This document shows, piece after piece, positions 10,857 to 22,171 of a DNA stretch of 64,000 nt; position 1 is the stretch's first letter; every line of letters begins with the position of its first letter. The notes under the pieces are model-generated. The model saw only the letters and a list, made by a program, of their open reading frames with translations, made no database searches and had not been told where the DNA came from. The DNA is taken from the NCBI GenBank assembly GCA_045113495.1, contig JBGUIZ010000003.1, forward strand, positions 18,665-82,664, in the 5' to 3' direction. The stretch comes from Bacteroidaceae bacterium (GTDB taxonomy: Bacteria; Bacteroidota; Bacteroidia; Bacteroidales; Bacteroidaceae). Position numbers and translations under genes: made by a program.

Positions 10857-13544
10857 ATGAGTGACGAGATAGAGAACATTGATGACGAACTCCGCGACAA
10901 GGCTGCGGAGAGTGCTGATGACGGTCAGGAGACTGGGCATTCTACGTACCAGCCTGTAAAGGATGACAACGGAATGATACGCCATCAACTGTCCGGCATG
11001 TACCAGGGCTGGTTCCTGGACTATGCGTCATATGTTATCCTGGAGCGCGCCGTACCTCATTTTGTGGACGGCTTAAAACCCGTTCAGAGGCGCATACTGC
11101 ACTCCATGAAACGTCTGGATGACGGCCGTTTCAATAAGGTGGCCAATATTGTGGGCCACACCATGCAGTTCCATCCGCACGGCGATGCTTCCATTGGCGA
11201 TGCGCTGGTGCAGCTTGGCCAGAAGGACCTGCTTATAGAGTGTCAGGGAAACTGGGGAAATATCCTTACAGGTCATCGAGCCGCAGCGCCCCGATACATT
11301 GAGGCTCGTCTCTCCAAATTCGCCCTTGAGACCCTGTTCAACCCCAAGACCACAGAGTGGAAAGCGTCATATGACGGACGTAACAAGGAACCGGTCACAC
11401 TACCGGTCAAGTTCCCGTTGCTGCTGGCTCAAGGTGCTGAGGGTATTGCTGTAGGACTATCTTGTAAGATACTTCCGCATAACTTTAACGAGTTGTGTGA
11501 CGCAGCCGTATCATACCTGAGCGGAGAGGAATTCCATCTCTATCCTGATTTCCAGACGGGTGGTGCCATTGACGTGTCCCGTTACAATGACGGTGAACGC
11601 GGAGGTATGGTCCGTATCCGTGCCAAGATTTCAAAAGAAGCTGACAATAAGACTCTGGTCATAAATGAGATTCCATACGGTGAGAACGTGATGACACTGT
11701 GCGAATCCATAGTCAAGGCCGGAGAGAAAGGCAAGATAAAGATACGTAAGGTGGAGAACCTTACCGCCGATAAGGTTGAGATCCGCATATCGCTTGCTCC
11801 CGGTGTGTCATCGGACAAGACGATAGACGCTCTGTATGCCTTTACCAACTGCGAGGTGAGCATCTCTCCAAACTGCTGCGTGATCGATGAAAACAAGCCT
11901 CACTTCCTTACGGTAAGCGACGTGCTCATGAAAACAGTTGACAACACCAAGGAACTGTTACGCCGCGAACTGGAGATTGAGCGCGGTGAAATCCTTGAAC
12001 AGCTGCATTTTGCATCACTGGAAAAGATTTTCATAGAGGAGCGTATCTATAAGGACCGTGAGTTTGAAGAGGCTCCCACAATGGATGCCGCCTGCGAGCA
12101 TATCGATGACCGTCTGACTCCTTATTACCCGCAGATGATCCGCGAGGTGACAAAGGAGGATATCCTCAAGCTGATGGAGATAAAGATGGCCCGGATTCTT
12201 AAGTTTAACAAGGAGAAGGCAGAGGAGGCTATAGCCAAAATGAAGGCCGATATCGCACGGATTGACAAGGATCTGGCCAATATGGTGGGTGTGACCATCC
12301 GCTGGTTCCGTATGCTCAAGGATAAGTACGGAGATGCATATCCGCGCCGTACGGAGATAAAGAATTTTGACACTATCGTGGCAACCAAGGTGGTGGAGGC
12401 TAACCAGAAACTCTATATTAACAGGGCTGACGGATTCATCGGCATGGAACTCAAGAAGGATGAGTATGTATGCAACTGCTCAGACCTGGATGACATAATC
12501 CTGTTCTATAAGGACGGAAAGTTCAAGGTTGTCAAGGTGGCCGACAAACTGTTTGTAGGTCAGAATGTGCTCTACCTGAACGTGTTCAAGAAGAATGACA
12601 AGCGCACCATATACAACGTGGTCTATCGTGACGGACGTAACGGGGCTTACTTTATAAAGAGGTTTGCCGCAACCGGTCTTACACGAGACAAGGAGTATGA
12701 CCTGACCCAGGGTAAGGCAGGCTCCAAAATCATGTATTTCACTGCCAATCCAAACGGTGAGGCCGAGGTGATAAAGATCACGCTCAAACCCAACCCCAAA
12801 CTCAAGAAACCTGTCTTTGACAAGGATTTCAGTGAGATGCTTATCAAGGGCCGTCAGTCAATGGGTAACCTGCTGACCCGTAATGAGGTTCTGCGCATAG
12901 GTCTCAAGGCACACGGTTCGTCAACACTGGGCGGACGTAAGGTGTGGATTGACAGGGATATACTTCGTCTGGACTTTGACGGACACGGTGATTATCTGGG
13001 CGAGTTCAACAGTGGTGACCAGCTTCTTGTAATCAACTCGAACGGAGAGTACTACACCACTCCGGTCGATCCCAACTGTCACTTTGACGCTGATCTGCTC
13101 AAGCTGGAGAAATATGACCAGAACAAGGTCTGGACGGCAGTTCTTTTTGATGCTTCACAAAAAGGCTATCTCTACCTCAAGAGGTTCAATCTGGATCCCA
13201 CATCCAAGCGTATAAACATACTTGGAGATGAGAAAGGCAGCCGTTTGGTACTGCTTACCGATACCCCGTTCCCGCGTCTGCTGGTTACCATGGGCGGAGC
13301 TGACAGTTTCCGTGAGCCGATGGAGGTGGATGCCGAACAGTTTGTGGGAGTTAAGGGCGTCAAGGCACGTGGCCGCAGAGTGACCGCATACTCAGTTCAG
13401 GATGTGGAGGAGATGGTTCCCTTGAGACAGCCTGAACCTGTTGCCGTGCCTGAACCTGACAATTCCGATATTTCCGATGAAGAGCCCTCTATAGATGATG
13501 AAAACTCTGAAACGGTTAATGACGGACAGCTTTCGCTGTTCTGA
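10857..13544 (+). CDS. parC: DNA topoisomerase IV subunit A (type IIA topoisomerase A subunit)
   Basis: The ORF track starts at TTG 10776; ATG 10857 (MSDEIENID...) is more likely. Contains GLKPVQRRILHSM, HPHGDASIGDALV and the catalytic-Tyr region AAPRYIEARL. The overall pattern resembles Bacteroidota ParC more than GyrA. Confidence 0.88.
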   Translation: MSDEIENIDDELRDKAAESADDGQETGHSTYQPVKDDNGMIRHQLSGMYQGWFLDYASYVILERAVPHFVDGLKPVQRRILHSMKRLDDGRFNKVANIVGHTMQFHPHGDASIGDALVQLGQKDLLIECQGNWGNILTGHRAAAPRYIEARLSKFALETLFNPKTTEWKASYDGRNKEPVTLPVKFPLLLAQGAEGIAVGLSCKILPHNFNELCDAAVSYLSGEEFHLYPDFQTGGAIDVSRYNDGERGGMVRIRAKISKEADNKTLVINEIPYGENVMTLCESIVKAGEKGKIKIRKVENLTADKVEIRISLAPGVSSDKTIDALYAFTNCEVSISPNCCVIDENKPHFLTVSDVLMKTVDNTKELLRRELEIERGEILEQLHFASLEKIFIEERIYKDREFEEAPTMDAACEHIDDRLTPYYPQMIREVTKEDILKLMEIKMARILKFNKEKAEEAIAKMKADIARIDKDLANMVGVTIRWFRMLKDKYGDAYPRRTEIKNFDTIVATKVVEANQKLYINRADGFIGMELKKDEYVCNCSDLDDIILFYKDGKFKVVKVADKLFVGQNVLYLNVFKKNDKRTIYNVVYRDGRNGAYFIKRFAATGLTRDKEYDLTQGKAGSKIMYFTANPNGEAEVIKITLKPNPKLKKPVFDKDFSEMLIKGRQSMGNLLTRNEVLRIGLKAHGSSTLGGRKVWIDRDILRLDFDGHGDYLGEFNSGDQLLVINSNGEYYTTPVDPNCHFDADLLKLEKYDQNKVWTAVLFDASQKGYLYLKRFNLDPTSKRINILGDEKGSRLVLLTDTPFPRLLVTMGGADSFREPMEVDAEQFVGVKGVKARGRRVTAYSVQDVEEMVPLRQPEPVAVPEPDNSDISDEEPSIDDENSETVNDGQLSLF

Positions 13545-14370
13545 TATTAAAGGCATACTCGCAACGTTCATCTTTGCGGTATTACCTCTCTCCCTCAAAG
13601 GACAGAACAATGTATGGAATCTGCCCGGCTACAGGGAGACTGTCCGTGTGGGTTCTGTAGGTCTGGGTACTGTGAATTCCCGTGACACATATCTTTCACA
13701 ATCTACTTACAGCGGCTTTCTGGTTGCCGGTGAAACGGATACATGGACCGGATACAAGCCCTACAGGCTTTTCAGTTACGGCAGGACTCATTCCGCTCTC
13801 CAGATCGGCCTCTTGAACAACAGCCTGGGCGGCGGCGAGACGATGAGTGCATCGGGCTCATTCCACTGGTCAGGGATGTGGCATGCTGTAGAGACCGGTT
13901 CATACGACCTGTTGCTGGGTCCGGCAGCTATGACGGAGCTCGCTGTATTGTATAATGTCCAGAATTCAAATAATCCGGTAGACGTTACAGGATACATAGG
14001 GGCCGGTATTTGTGTTGACAACACTGTCCGTTTCTCTGTGTTCCACCGTCCCATAGCCGTTCAGGCTACGTTCCATATGCCTTTGGCGGGTGTAGGATTC
14101 GCTCCTGATTATGATATGCCGTATTGGTACATATACCAGTACGGGGAGTACGGAAAGGTGCTTCATTTTATAAATCCTTTCAATAACCCGGCTTTTACGC
14201 AGCAGGTAGACCTGATCGTTCCGGTGCGTAGCAACCGTCTGAGGATAGGTTATACATTTGATTATCAGGGAAACCGTCTGGGCGGTCACAAGAGGCATCT
14301 GGGTATGGGATACTTTACCCTGGGATATGTCATGAGATTTGAAACAAAGGATTGGGGACGTGTAAGATGA
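13495..14370 (+). CDS. Hypothetical secreted / outer-membrane-like protein
   Basis: 291 aa. Hydrophobic N-terminal segment ILATFIFAVLPLSL and a Gly/Tyr-rich, beta-strand-like composition. No family recognised. The start is uncertain: ATG 13495, 13498 and 13519 all overlap the parC 3' end. Confidence 0.55.
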   Translation: MMKTLKRLMTDSFRCSDIKGILATFIFAVLPLSLKGQNNVWNLPGYRETVRVGSVGLGTVNSRDTYLSQSTYSGFLVAGETDTWTGYKPYRLFSYGRTHSALQIGLLNNSLGGGETMSASGSFHWSGMWHAVETGSYDLLLGPAAMTELAVLYNVQNSNNPVDVTGYIGAGICVDNTVRFSVFHRPIAVQATFHMPLAGVGFAPDYDMPYWYIYQYGEYGKVLHFINPFNNPAFTQQVDLIVPVRSNRLRIGYTFDYQGNRLGGHKRHLGMGYFTLGYVMRFETKDWGRVR

Positions 14371-15425
14371 GAAGGGTAAAATCATATATGACGGTGGTTC
14401 TGATGATGACGGCGGTTTTGCTGCCGGTCTCATGCGCCAGAACTGAGAAAGCTGCTGACAGGGAGTTCTCAAACACTCCTCAGGGCAATTTCCTGGCTTT
14501 GTGGACCATCATGGATGAGCATTACTGCTTCTTTGACCTTAAGCGTGAGAGGCTGGGAGTTGACTGGAATGAGGTCAGGGCCAGATATGCGCCCAGCATT
14601 ACAGACAAGATTTCTGCTCAGGCCCTGTTTGAGGTCCTATGCAATATGATAGGCGAGCTCAGGGACGGGCATGTGAATCTTACAAGCAGCTATGATTACG
14701 GACGCAACTGGAGTTGGAAGACGGATTATCCGGCTAACTATTCAAAGGACATACAGGACAGTTATCTTGGGATTGACTACAAAATTGGAGGCAACGGCTA
14801 TTATTACCGGATACTGGACGATAACATAGGCTATTTTGTAGTGGAGAGTTTTGATGATATGATGTCCAGCAGCAGGATAAACGCGATGCTCAATCATATG
14901 GCTCTCTGTAACGGTATTATCATTGACATACGCAATAACGGAGGCGGGTTGGTGCTGGCATCCCAGATGCTGGCTTCACATTTTACTGAGAAGACTGTCA
15001 CTACCGGTTACTCCCGATACAAGACCGGTCCCGGTCACAATGACTTTTCTAAGCCGTATGCCAATGAGATATCACCAGCCGACAAAGACCTTAGATGGAT
15101 TAAGCCGGTGGTGGTGCTCGTTAACAGGGGCTGTTTCAGCAGTGCCAATGACTTTGCATGCTCCATGAAGGCTTTGGATGGAGTGGTACTGTTGGGTGAC
15201 ACTACGGGTGGCGGCGGCGGTCTGCCCATGTCATCGGAACTACCTAACGGATGGGTGGTGAGGTTCTCATCGGCGCCGAGTTTTGATGCCGAAATGCATC
15301 ATATAGAGTTCGGTATCGCTCCGGATATCAGGGTGGATATGAAGGATGAGGATATCGCGGCCGGTAGGGATACTTACATTGAAGAGGCTCGCAGGTACAT
15401 AAATGACAAAATAGTCAACCCTTAG
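14367..15425 (+). CDS. S41 family (tail-specific protease-like) peptidase lipoprotein
   Basis: Signal/lipobox MRRVKSYMTVVLMMTAVLLPVSC. S41-like core IIIDIRNNGGG and NRGCFSSANDF. ATG 14367 overlaps the upstream stop (ATGA). Confidence 0.8.
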   Translation: MRRVKSYMTVVLMMTAVLLPVSCARTEKAADREFSNTPQGNFLALWTIMDEHYCFFDLKRERLGVDWNEVRARYAPSITDKISAQALFEVLCNMIGELRDGHVNLTSSYDYGRNWSWKTDYPANYSKDIQDSYLGIDYKIGGNGYYYRILDDNIGYFVVESFDDMMSSSRINAMLNHMALCNGIIIDIRNNGGGLVLASQMLASHFTEKTVTTGYSRYKTGPGHNDFSKPYANEISPADKDLRWIKPVVVLVNRGCFSSANDFACSMKALDGVVLLGDTTGGGGGLPMSSELPNGWVVRFSSAPSFDAEMHHIEFGIAPDIRVDMKDEDIAAGRDTYIEEARRYINDKIVNP

Positions 15426-15498
15426 CCTTAAGTTTGGCGATTACAGCTAAAACCACTATTTTTGTAACGCGTTCCGGCTGATGGAGCGCGTTTTTAAT

Positions 15499-15579
15499 GC
15501 GGGCGTGGCGGAATTGGTAGACGCGCTAGACTTAGGATCTAGTATCTTAGATGTGTAGGTTCGAGTCCTATCGCCCGTA
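15499..15579 (+). tRNA. tRNA-Leu (anticodon UAG)
   Basis: Cloverleaf folded by hand. Acceptor GCGGGCG/CGCCCGT; 3-bp D stem with a GG loop; anticodon stem CTAGA/TCTAG with loop CT-TAG-GA; long variable arm (ATCT/AGAT); T arm with TTCGAGT loop; discriminator A. No encoded CCA. Confidence 0.9.
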
Positions 15580-15589
15580 CGAAAATAAA

Positions 15590-15614
15590 ACAGCCGACCT
15601 TTGGGGCCGGCTGT
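15590..15614. terminator. Bidirectional hairpin terminator between the tRNA and a convergent OMP gene
   Basis: ACAGCCGaCC-loop-GGgCCGGCTGT stem, A/T-rich on both sides. Confidence 0.6.
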
Positions 15615-15634
15615 CCATTTATTATGAGTTTAAA

Positions 15635-16183
15635 TCAGAACTCGTATACAAGGCTAATCTGAAGATCTTCAAAGTTAAAGCCTAAGCCTGCGTTGTTCTT
15701 GTAAGTTGCATAACGGGGCTGTGAGTCAGGATTGTTCTCGTGATCGAAGTAGAGACCCCAGAATAATGCCTCAAGTCTGAAGTGATCTGACATTGCGTAT
15801 TTGATACCGGGAGATGCAAATACACCTACATGCCACCAGTTAAAACCTGAAGGTGAGCAGATGCCATACTCGAATCCACCATCTACGAACATGCTGAAAT
15901 TACCCTCATTGAAGAAAGTGTAGCGGAGGAACGGAGCAAAATTAAAGGTGAATTCCTTCTGGCCGTCTGAGTATTTGAGATCCTGAACGGAGAACTGTAA
16001 ACCTAAGTCAAGGTTGTCCTCAATTGCCATACCGACCATGGGGCTGAACACAAACTGGTGATACTTGTTGTCATTGTAATAATATGACTCGGTGTCGAAT
16101 CCTATTGATCCACCAAACCAGTACTTAGCACTTACGGTCATGCATGAAGCGAGAGCTGCGATAATGAATAAAGCTTTTTTCAT
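15635..16183 (-). CDS. Small outer-membrane beta-barrel (porin-family / OmpW-like) protein
   Basis: 182 aa. Signal peptide (AALASCMTVSA), alternating aromatic strand pattern, C-terminal ...LVYEF. Confidence 0.7.
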   Translation of the reverse strand: MKKALFIIAALASCMTVSAKYWFGGSIGFDTESYYYNDNKYHQFVFSPMVGMAIEDNLDLGLQFSVQDLKYSDGQKEFTFNFAPFLRYTFFNEGNFSMFVDGGFEYGICSPSGFNWWHVGVFASPGIKYAMSDHFRLEALFWGLYFDHENNPDSQPRYATYKNNAGLGFNFEDLQISLVYEF

Positions 16184-16430
16184 AATTGTGATTTTAGTTA
16201 AGTGTTAATAAATATCGTTTTAGTTACTGTCTATAAGTCCTCTGATGATGAATTAGAATCCTTTTAACTGTGCCAAAAGTATACAACATTTGTTAAAGCG
16301 GCAAAAAAATCCCAAAAAAATAGTGCTTTGGATGCACTTTTTTTGCCTTTTGTGAACATTAAGGGGGCAAATGAGCGTTTTTGTGGTTTAAAGAAGGCGT
16401 TTAAAAGATGTTTTGTTGGGTTGAAATAGT

Positions 16431-16438
16431 TATTTTTG
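16431..16438 (+). promoter_or_regulatory. -7 box TAttTTTG upstream of murF
   Basis: Exact TAnnTTTG match 8 nt before ATG 16446. This implies a leaderless or very short-leader mRNA. Confidence 0.4.
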
Positions 16439-16445
16439 CGGTACT

Positions 16446-17750
16446 ATGAAGGTTGAGGATTTATACAGCAGACTGAGTGAGTGCGCCGGTGTTACGACCG
16501 ATAGCCGTAAGTGCGGTCCGGGGCTTATGTTCTTTGCCCTTAAAGGAGAACGTTTTGACGGAAACGAGTTTGTGCGCGGAGCGCTGGATCAGGGTTGCAG
16601 CTATGCCGTTATGGATGATACTGCACGGTATGATGCAGGTGACAGCAGAATGATTCTGGTGGATAATACCCTTACCGCATTGCAACAGCTTGCCGCCTAT
16701 CACCGCAGACAGCTTGGAACAACCATAGTAGGTATTACAGGAACCAACGGCAAGACAACCACAAAAGAACTTACCAGCGCAGTGTTGCGCTCTACCTATA
16801 ATATACTGTGCACTCAGGGAAACCTGAACAATTCCATAGGCGTTCCTCTTACTGTCCTTGGCCTTAAGCCGGAACATGAATATGCCATTGTGGAGATGGG
16901 TGCCAGCCATCCCGGTGATATAAAGGAGTTGGTTGAGATAAGCCAGCCGGATTACGGATTGATTACCAATGTGGGTAAGGCTCATCTGCTGGGATTCGGG
17001 TCCTTTGAGGGCGTAAAACGTACCAAGGGCGAACTGTATGACTGGATCCGTGAGCATAAAGGTTCAGTATTCGTAAACCGTGACAACGAACACCTGCAGC
17101 AGATGGCATCAGGACTACCGCTCATTGAATATGGTAAGCCAGGGCAGGACGGACTTCTGGTTGAAGGTGAGGTCCTGGAGTGCAACCCGTTCGTGAAGTT
17201 CCGCTGGCGCAGTCGCGGAGGAGAGTGGCATACGGTACAGACAAACCTTATAGGCGCTTATAATGTTGACAATGCGCTGGCTGCCATAACCATCGGTCTT
17301 AAGTTGGGTGTAACGGAGGATAAGGCATCGGCTGCGGTAGCAGGATATCAGCCGCAGAACAACCGTTCACAGCTTACCGATACCGGCCGTAACCGTCTGG
17401 TTGTGGATGCATATAATGCAAATCCCACCAGTATGGCTGCTGCGATTGAGAACTTCAGCATGATAAACGCAGACAGGAAGATGCTTATCCTGGGTGATAT
17501 GCGTGAACTAGGAGAGGTATCTCAAGCGGAGCACAAAGAGATTGTAAAACTACTTAAGGCTAAGGGTTTTACAAAGGTCTGGCTGGTGGGCGGCGAGTTC
17601 GCCAAGGCGGCAGATGGAACGGATTTCCGCCTGTTTGCCGATGTGGATGAGGTGAATAAGGAACTTGAGATTGAACCTTTGACAGGATTGACTATACTTA
17701 TTAAAGGTTCAAACAGTATTGGATTAACCAAAATCATAACCAATTTATAA
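16446..17750 (+). CDS. murF: UDP-N-acetylmuramoyl-tripeptide--D-alanyl-D-alanine ligase
   Basis: 434 aa with VTTDSRKCGPG, P-loop GITGTNGKTTTKE and DAYNANPTSM. Confidence 0.92.
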   Translation: MKVEDLYSRLSECAGVTTDSRKCGPGLMFFALKGERFDGNEFVRGALDQGCSYAVMDDTARYDAGDSRMILVDNTLTALQQLAAYHRRQLGTTIVGITGTNGKTTTKELTSAVLRSTYNILCTQGNLNNSIGVPLTVLGLKPEHEYAIVEMGASHPGDIKELVEISQPDYGLITNVGKAHLLGFGSFEGVKRTKGELYDWIREHKGSVFVNRDNEHLQQMASGLPLIEYGKPGQDGLLVEGEVLECNPFVKFRWRSRGGEWHTVQTNLIGAYNVDNALAAITIGLKLGVTEDKASAAVAGYQPQNNRSQLTDTGRNRLVVDAYNANPTSMAAAIENFSMINADRKMLILGDMRELGEVSQAEHKEIVKLLKAKGFTKVWLVGGEFAKAADGTDFRLFADVDEVNKELEIEPLTGLTILIKGSNSIGLTKIITNL

Positions 17751-17752
17751 TT

Positions 17753-18421
17753 ATGAAAAAATTAGCTTTTCTTTTTGCATTAGTTCTTGTATGCGGCAAC
17801 ATGTCCGCACAGTTGAAGGTTTCCGTAATGGGTGACTCCTACTCAACATTCACCGGCACTATGCCCAAGTATTATGACACATTCTATCCCAACCAGTTCT
17901 GCGGAGTTACAGAGCAGAGCCAGCAATGGTGGGCTCAGGTTATAGAGAAGAACGGCTGGGTTCTTGAAAAGAACGATTCATATTCAGGCAGTACCGTATG
18001 CTGCCGCGGTTACAATCATGATGACTACTCAGACCGTGCTTTCGTAAGCCGTCTGAACCGTATTGGTGCTCCTGACATCCTGTTCATATTCGGCGGTACC
18101 AACGATGACTGGACACACGAGCCCTTTGGTGACTACAAGTATTCAGACTGGACCAAGGAGGATCTCTATTTCTATCGTCCGGCATTTGCATACCTGCTTG
18201 ACAACCTCAAGAAGCTCTATCCCAACATGAAGATCTATTCACTGCTGAATGACGGCATGAGTGAGAATCTGGGTGAGTCAATGAGAGAGATCTGCAAGCA
18301 TTACGGTGTACCTGTAATTGCCGTTGAGGGTATTGAGAAGCGTATGAATCACCCCACAGCTGCAGGTATGACCAAGATTGCCGAGCAGATACAGGCCTTC
18401 CTTGACGCAGAGAAGAAGTAA
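17753..18421 (+). CDS. SGNH/GDSL-family hydrolase (secreted)
   Basis: 222 aa. Signal peptide, block I VSVMGDSYST, block III GGTNDD. Confidence 0.7.
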   Translation: MKKLAFLFALVLVCGNMSAQLKVSVMGDSYSTFTGTMPKYYDTFYPNQFCGVTEQSQQWWAQVIEKNGWVLEKNDSYSGSTVCCRGYNHDDYSDRAFVSRLNRIGAPDILFIFGGTNDDWTHEPFGDYKYSDWTKEDLYFYRPAFAYLLDNLKKLYPNMKIYSLLNDGMSENLGESMREICKHYGVPVIAVEGIEKRMNHPTAAGMTKIAEQIQAFLDAEKK

Positions 18422-19191
18422 TGACAAAAATAATGGGGATAATCAACGTGACCCCTGACTCCTTTTGGAGCGGGTCACGTGTGCAGGATAGGTCCACTCT
18501 GGTGGAGCGTGTGAGGATGATGATTTCCCAAGGTGCCGATGCTATCGACGTCGGCGGCTGCTCAACCCGTCCGGGCGCAGTCCAGGCCTCTGAAAAAGAG
18601 GAGATGGAACGCCTGGAGTGGGGTCTTGAAGCAATCAGGGAGGAGTTCCCGGACGTATTGCTTTCTGTCGACACCTACCGCCCGCGAATTGCGGATCATT
18701 GCATTCGCGAGTGGAGAGTTGACATTATAAATGATGTATACGGGGGGAATGATGACATGTACAAGGTGTTGTCCGATACAGGTGTGCAGTATGTGCTCAT
18801 GTGGTCTGAGGATATCAGGAAGGATCCCATCGGTGAGATGATGGCTTTCTTCAAGGAGAGACTGCAGATGCTTGAGAAAGCCGGTGTGGATGTGAACCGT
18901 AAGGTGATTCTTGATCCCGGATACGGTTTTGGCAAGACAGTGGAACAGAACTACACCGTTCTGGCCAACCAATCCCGTCTGTGTGAGTTCGGACTGCCGG
19001 TACTCTCCGCCCTTTCCCGTAAATCAATGGCTTGGAAACTCCTTGGGATAACTCCCGCTGACGCTCTTGCAGCTACCGTGGTCATGAATACGGTGGCAAT
19101 AGAGCAGGGCGCAGACTGGATACGTGTCCATGATGTGCGGGAGGCTGCCCATACCGTAAGGATAATGCAAGCCCTTAGTGACTATAAATAA
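18421..19191 (+). CDS. folP: Dihydropteroate synthase
   Basis: 256 aa with MGIINVTPDSFWSG, DVGGCSTRPG and ILDPGYGFGK. Confidence 0.93.
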   Translation: MTKIMGIINVTPDSFWSGSRVQDRSTLVERVRMMISQGADAIDVGGCSTRPGAVQASEKEEMERLEWGLEAIREEFPDVLLSVDTYRPRIADHCIREWRVDIINDVYGGNDDMYKVLSDTGVQYVLMWSEDIRKDPIGEMMAFFKERLQMLEKAGVDVNRKVILDPGYGFGKTVEQNYTVLANQSRLCEFGLPVLSALSRKSMAWKLLGITPADALAATVVMNTVAIEQGADWIRVHDVREAAHTVRIMQALSDYK

Positions 19192-19203
19192 CTTAAAAAG
19201 GAT

Positions 19204-19980
19204 ATGTTCGATTACTTTGTTTCATTCGGCGTCAAGGATATCATTGACGTGCTGAGCGTATCGCTGCTCCTGTTCTATCTCTACAAGCTGATGAAGAGGA
19301 CCGGATCACTCAATATGTTCATAGGTATTCTGGTATTCATATTTGTATGGATAATTGTGTCCCAGGTGTTGAAGATGCAGCTTCTGGGCGCCGTGATGGA
19401 CAAATTGGTCGATGTGGGTGTCATAGCTATCATCGTGCTCTTTGCCGATGACATCCGCCATTTCTTCCGCGATATCGGCACATCTACACGCACCAGGAAA
19501 CTGTTCCACTGGCTTACCCGCAGGCGTCATGCAGACGGTGACTTGAGCAAGTGGGAGCCCATTGTAAGGGCGTGTGAAAGCATGAGCCATCGCAAGGAGG
19601 GTGCTTTGATTGTCATAGGCCAGAATGATGAGTTGCATGATGTGATTGAGAGCGGCGAGGAGGTAAACGCCAATGTCAATCAACTGCTCATAGAGAACAT
19701 ATTCTTTAAGAACAGCCCTCTGCATGACGGAGCCATGATAATCGTGGGCGATCGGATAGAATCGGCAGCCAGCATATTGCCTCTGTCCCAGTCCGAACAG
19801 CTGCCCAAATCATTCGGTCTGCGCCATCGTTCGGCCATGGGTGTCGCCGAGAAGACAAACGCAGTGGCCGTTGTGGTATCGGAAGAGACGGGAACAATAT
19901 CAGTATTCCATAAGGGCTCGTTCCAGCGTAACGTAAAGGGCGAGCAGCTGGCCAAGTATCTGGCAGAGAATGTCAGATAA
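19204..19980 (+). CDS. cdaA: Diadenylate cyclase (c-di-AMP synthase), membrane-anchored CdaA type
   Basis: 258 aa. Three N-terminal TM helices and a DAC domain (GALIVIG, PLHDGAMII, RHRSAMGVAE, VVVSEETGTISV). Confidence 0.9.
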   Translation: MFDYFVSFGVKDIIDVLSVSLLLFYLYKLMKRTGSLNMFIGILVFIFVWIIVSQVLKMQLLGAVMDKLVDVGVIAIIVLFADDIRHFFRDIGTSTRTRKLFHWLTRRRHADGDLSKWEPIVRACESMSHRKEGALIVIGQNDELHDVIESGEEVNANVNQLLIENIFFKNSPLHDGAMIIVGDRIESAASILPLSQSEQLPKSFGLRHRSAMGVAEKTNAVAVVVSEETGTISVFHKGSFQRNVKGEQLAKYLAENVR

Positions 19981-20003
19981 TAGGGGAAAGATATTATAAG
20001 TTG

Positions 20004-20060
20004 TGCCAAACTGTCAGTGAGGATGTCATATTTGATCCTGCTGGCAGTTTGGCATGTTTT
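20004..20060 (+). terminator. Long hairpin after cdaA (terminator or operator upstream of groES)
   Basis: 14-bp stem TGCCAAACTGTCAG / CTGGCAGTTTGGCA (one G-U pair), 23-nt loop, followed by TGTTTT. It does not match the CIRCE consensus. Confidence 0.5.
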
Positions 20061-20129
20061 ATGCACTCACCCTATTGCCCTATGAGAGGCTTTGTGGAAG
20101 ATTATAAATAACTTAAAAACTATAAGATT

Positions 20130-20405
20130 ATGAACATCAAACCGTTAGCAGACCGCGTTCTGATACTTCCGGCAGCAGCCGAGGAGAAGACCATCGGTGG
20201 TATCATCATCCCCGATACAGCAAAGGAGAAACCCCTTAAGGGTGAGGTTATTGCAGTAGGAAACGGCACCAAGGATGAGGCTATGGTTCTCAAGAAAGGT
20301 GACCAGGTTCTCTATGGCAAGTACTCAGGCACTGAGCTTGAAGTTGAGGGAACAAAATATCTGATTATGCGCCAGAGCGACGTTCTGGCCGTGGTTGAAA
20401 AATAA
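20130..20405 (+). CDS. groES: Co-chaperonin GroES
   Basis: 91 aa with [12 protein letters not shown]...[13 protein letters not shown]...GKYSGTE. Confidence 0.97.
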   Translation: MNIKPLADRVLILPAAAEEKTIGGIIIPDTAKEKPLKGEVIAVGNGTKDEAMVLKKGDQVLYGKYSGTELEVEGTKYLIMRQSDVLAVVEK

Positions 20406-20408
20406 TAA

Positions 20409-22058
<1,650 letters not shown>

Positions 22059-22079
22059 TCATCCTCACATTCATATCAG

Positions 22080-22121
22080 GAAAGATGGTTCCCATAATCA
22101 CGGAGCCATCTTTCTTTTTTT
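22080..22121 (+). terminator. Intrinsic terminator after groEL
   Basis: GAAAGATGG...CCATCTTTC stem followed by a T7 run. Confidence 0.75.
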
Positions 22122-22171
22122 CAGGTTATTATTAGTAATTTCGCGGGACTAACTAAATCTTATTGCTGACA

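Noticed and set aside
19183-19199. A 17-nt exact repeat, TATAAATAACTTAAAAA, occurs just upstream of both cdaA (19183-19199) and groES (20103-20119).
   Set aside because: It is A/T-rich and low-complexity. A chance 17-mer match within 64 kb of sequence with AT-rich spacers is not improbable. The spacing to the ATG differs (4 versus 10 nt). It probably reflects the generic A-rich translation-initiation context of Bacteroidota.
20004-20060. Whether the inverted repeat upstream of groES is a CIRCE/HrcA operator.
   Set aside because: The sequence (TGCCAAACTG..CAGTTTGGCA, 23-nt loop) does not match TTAGCACTC-N9-GAGTGCTAA. It is more simply the cdaA terminator.
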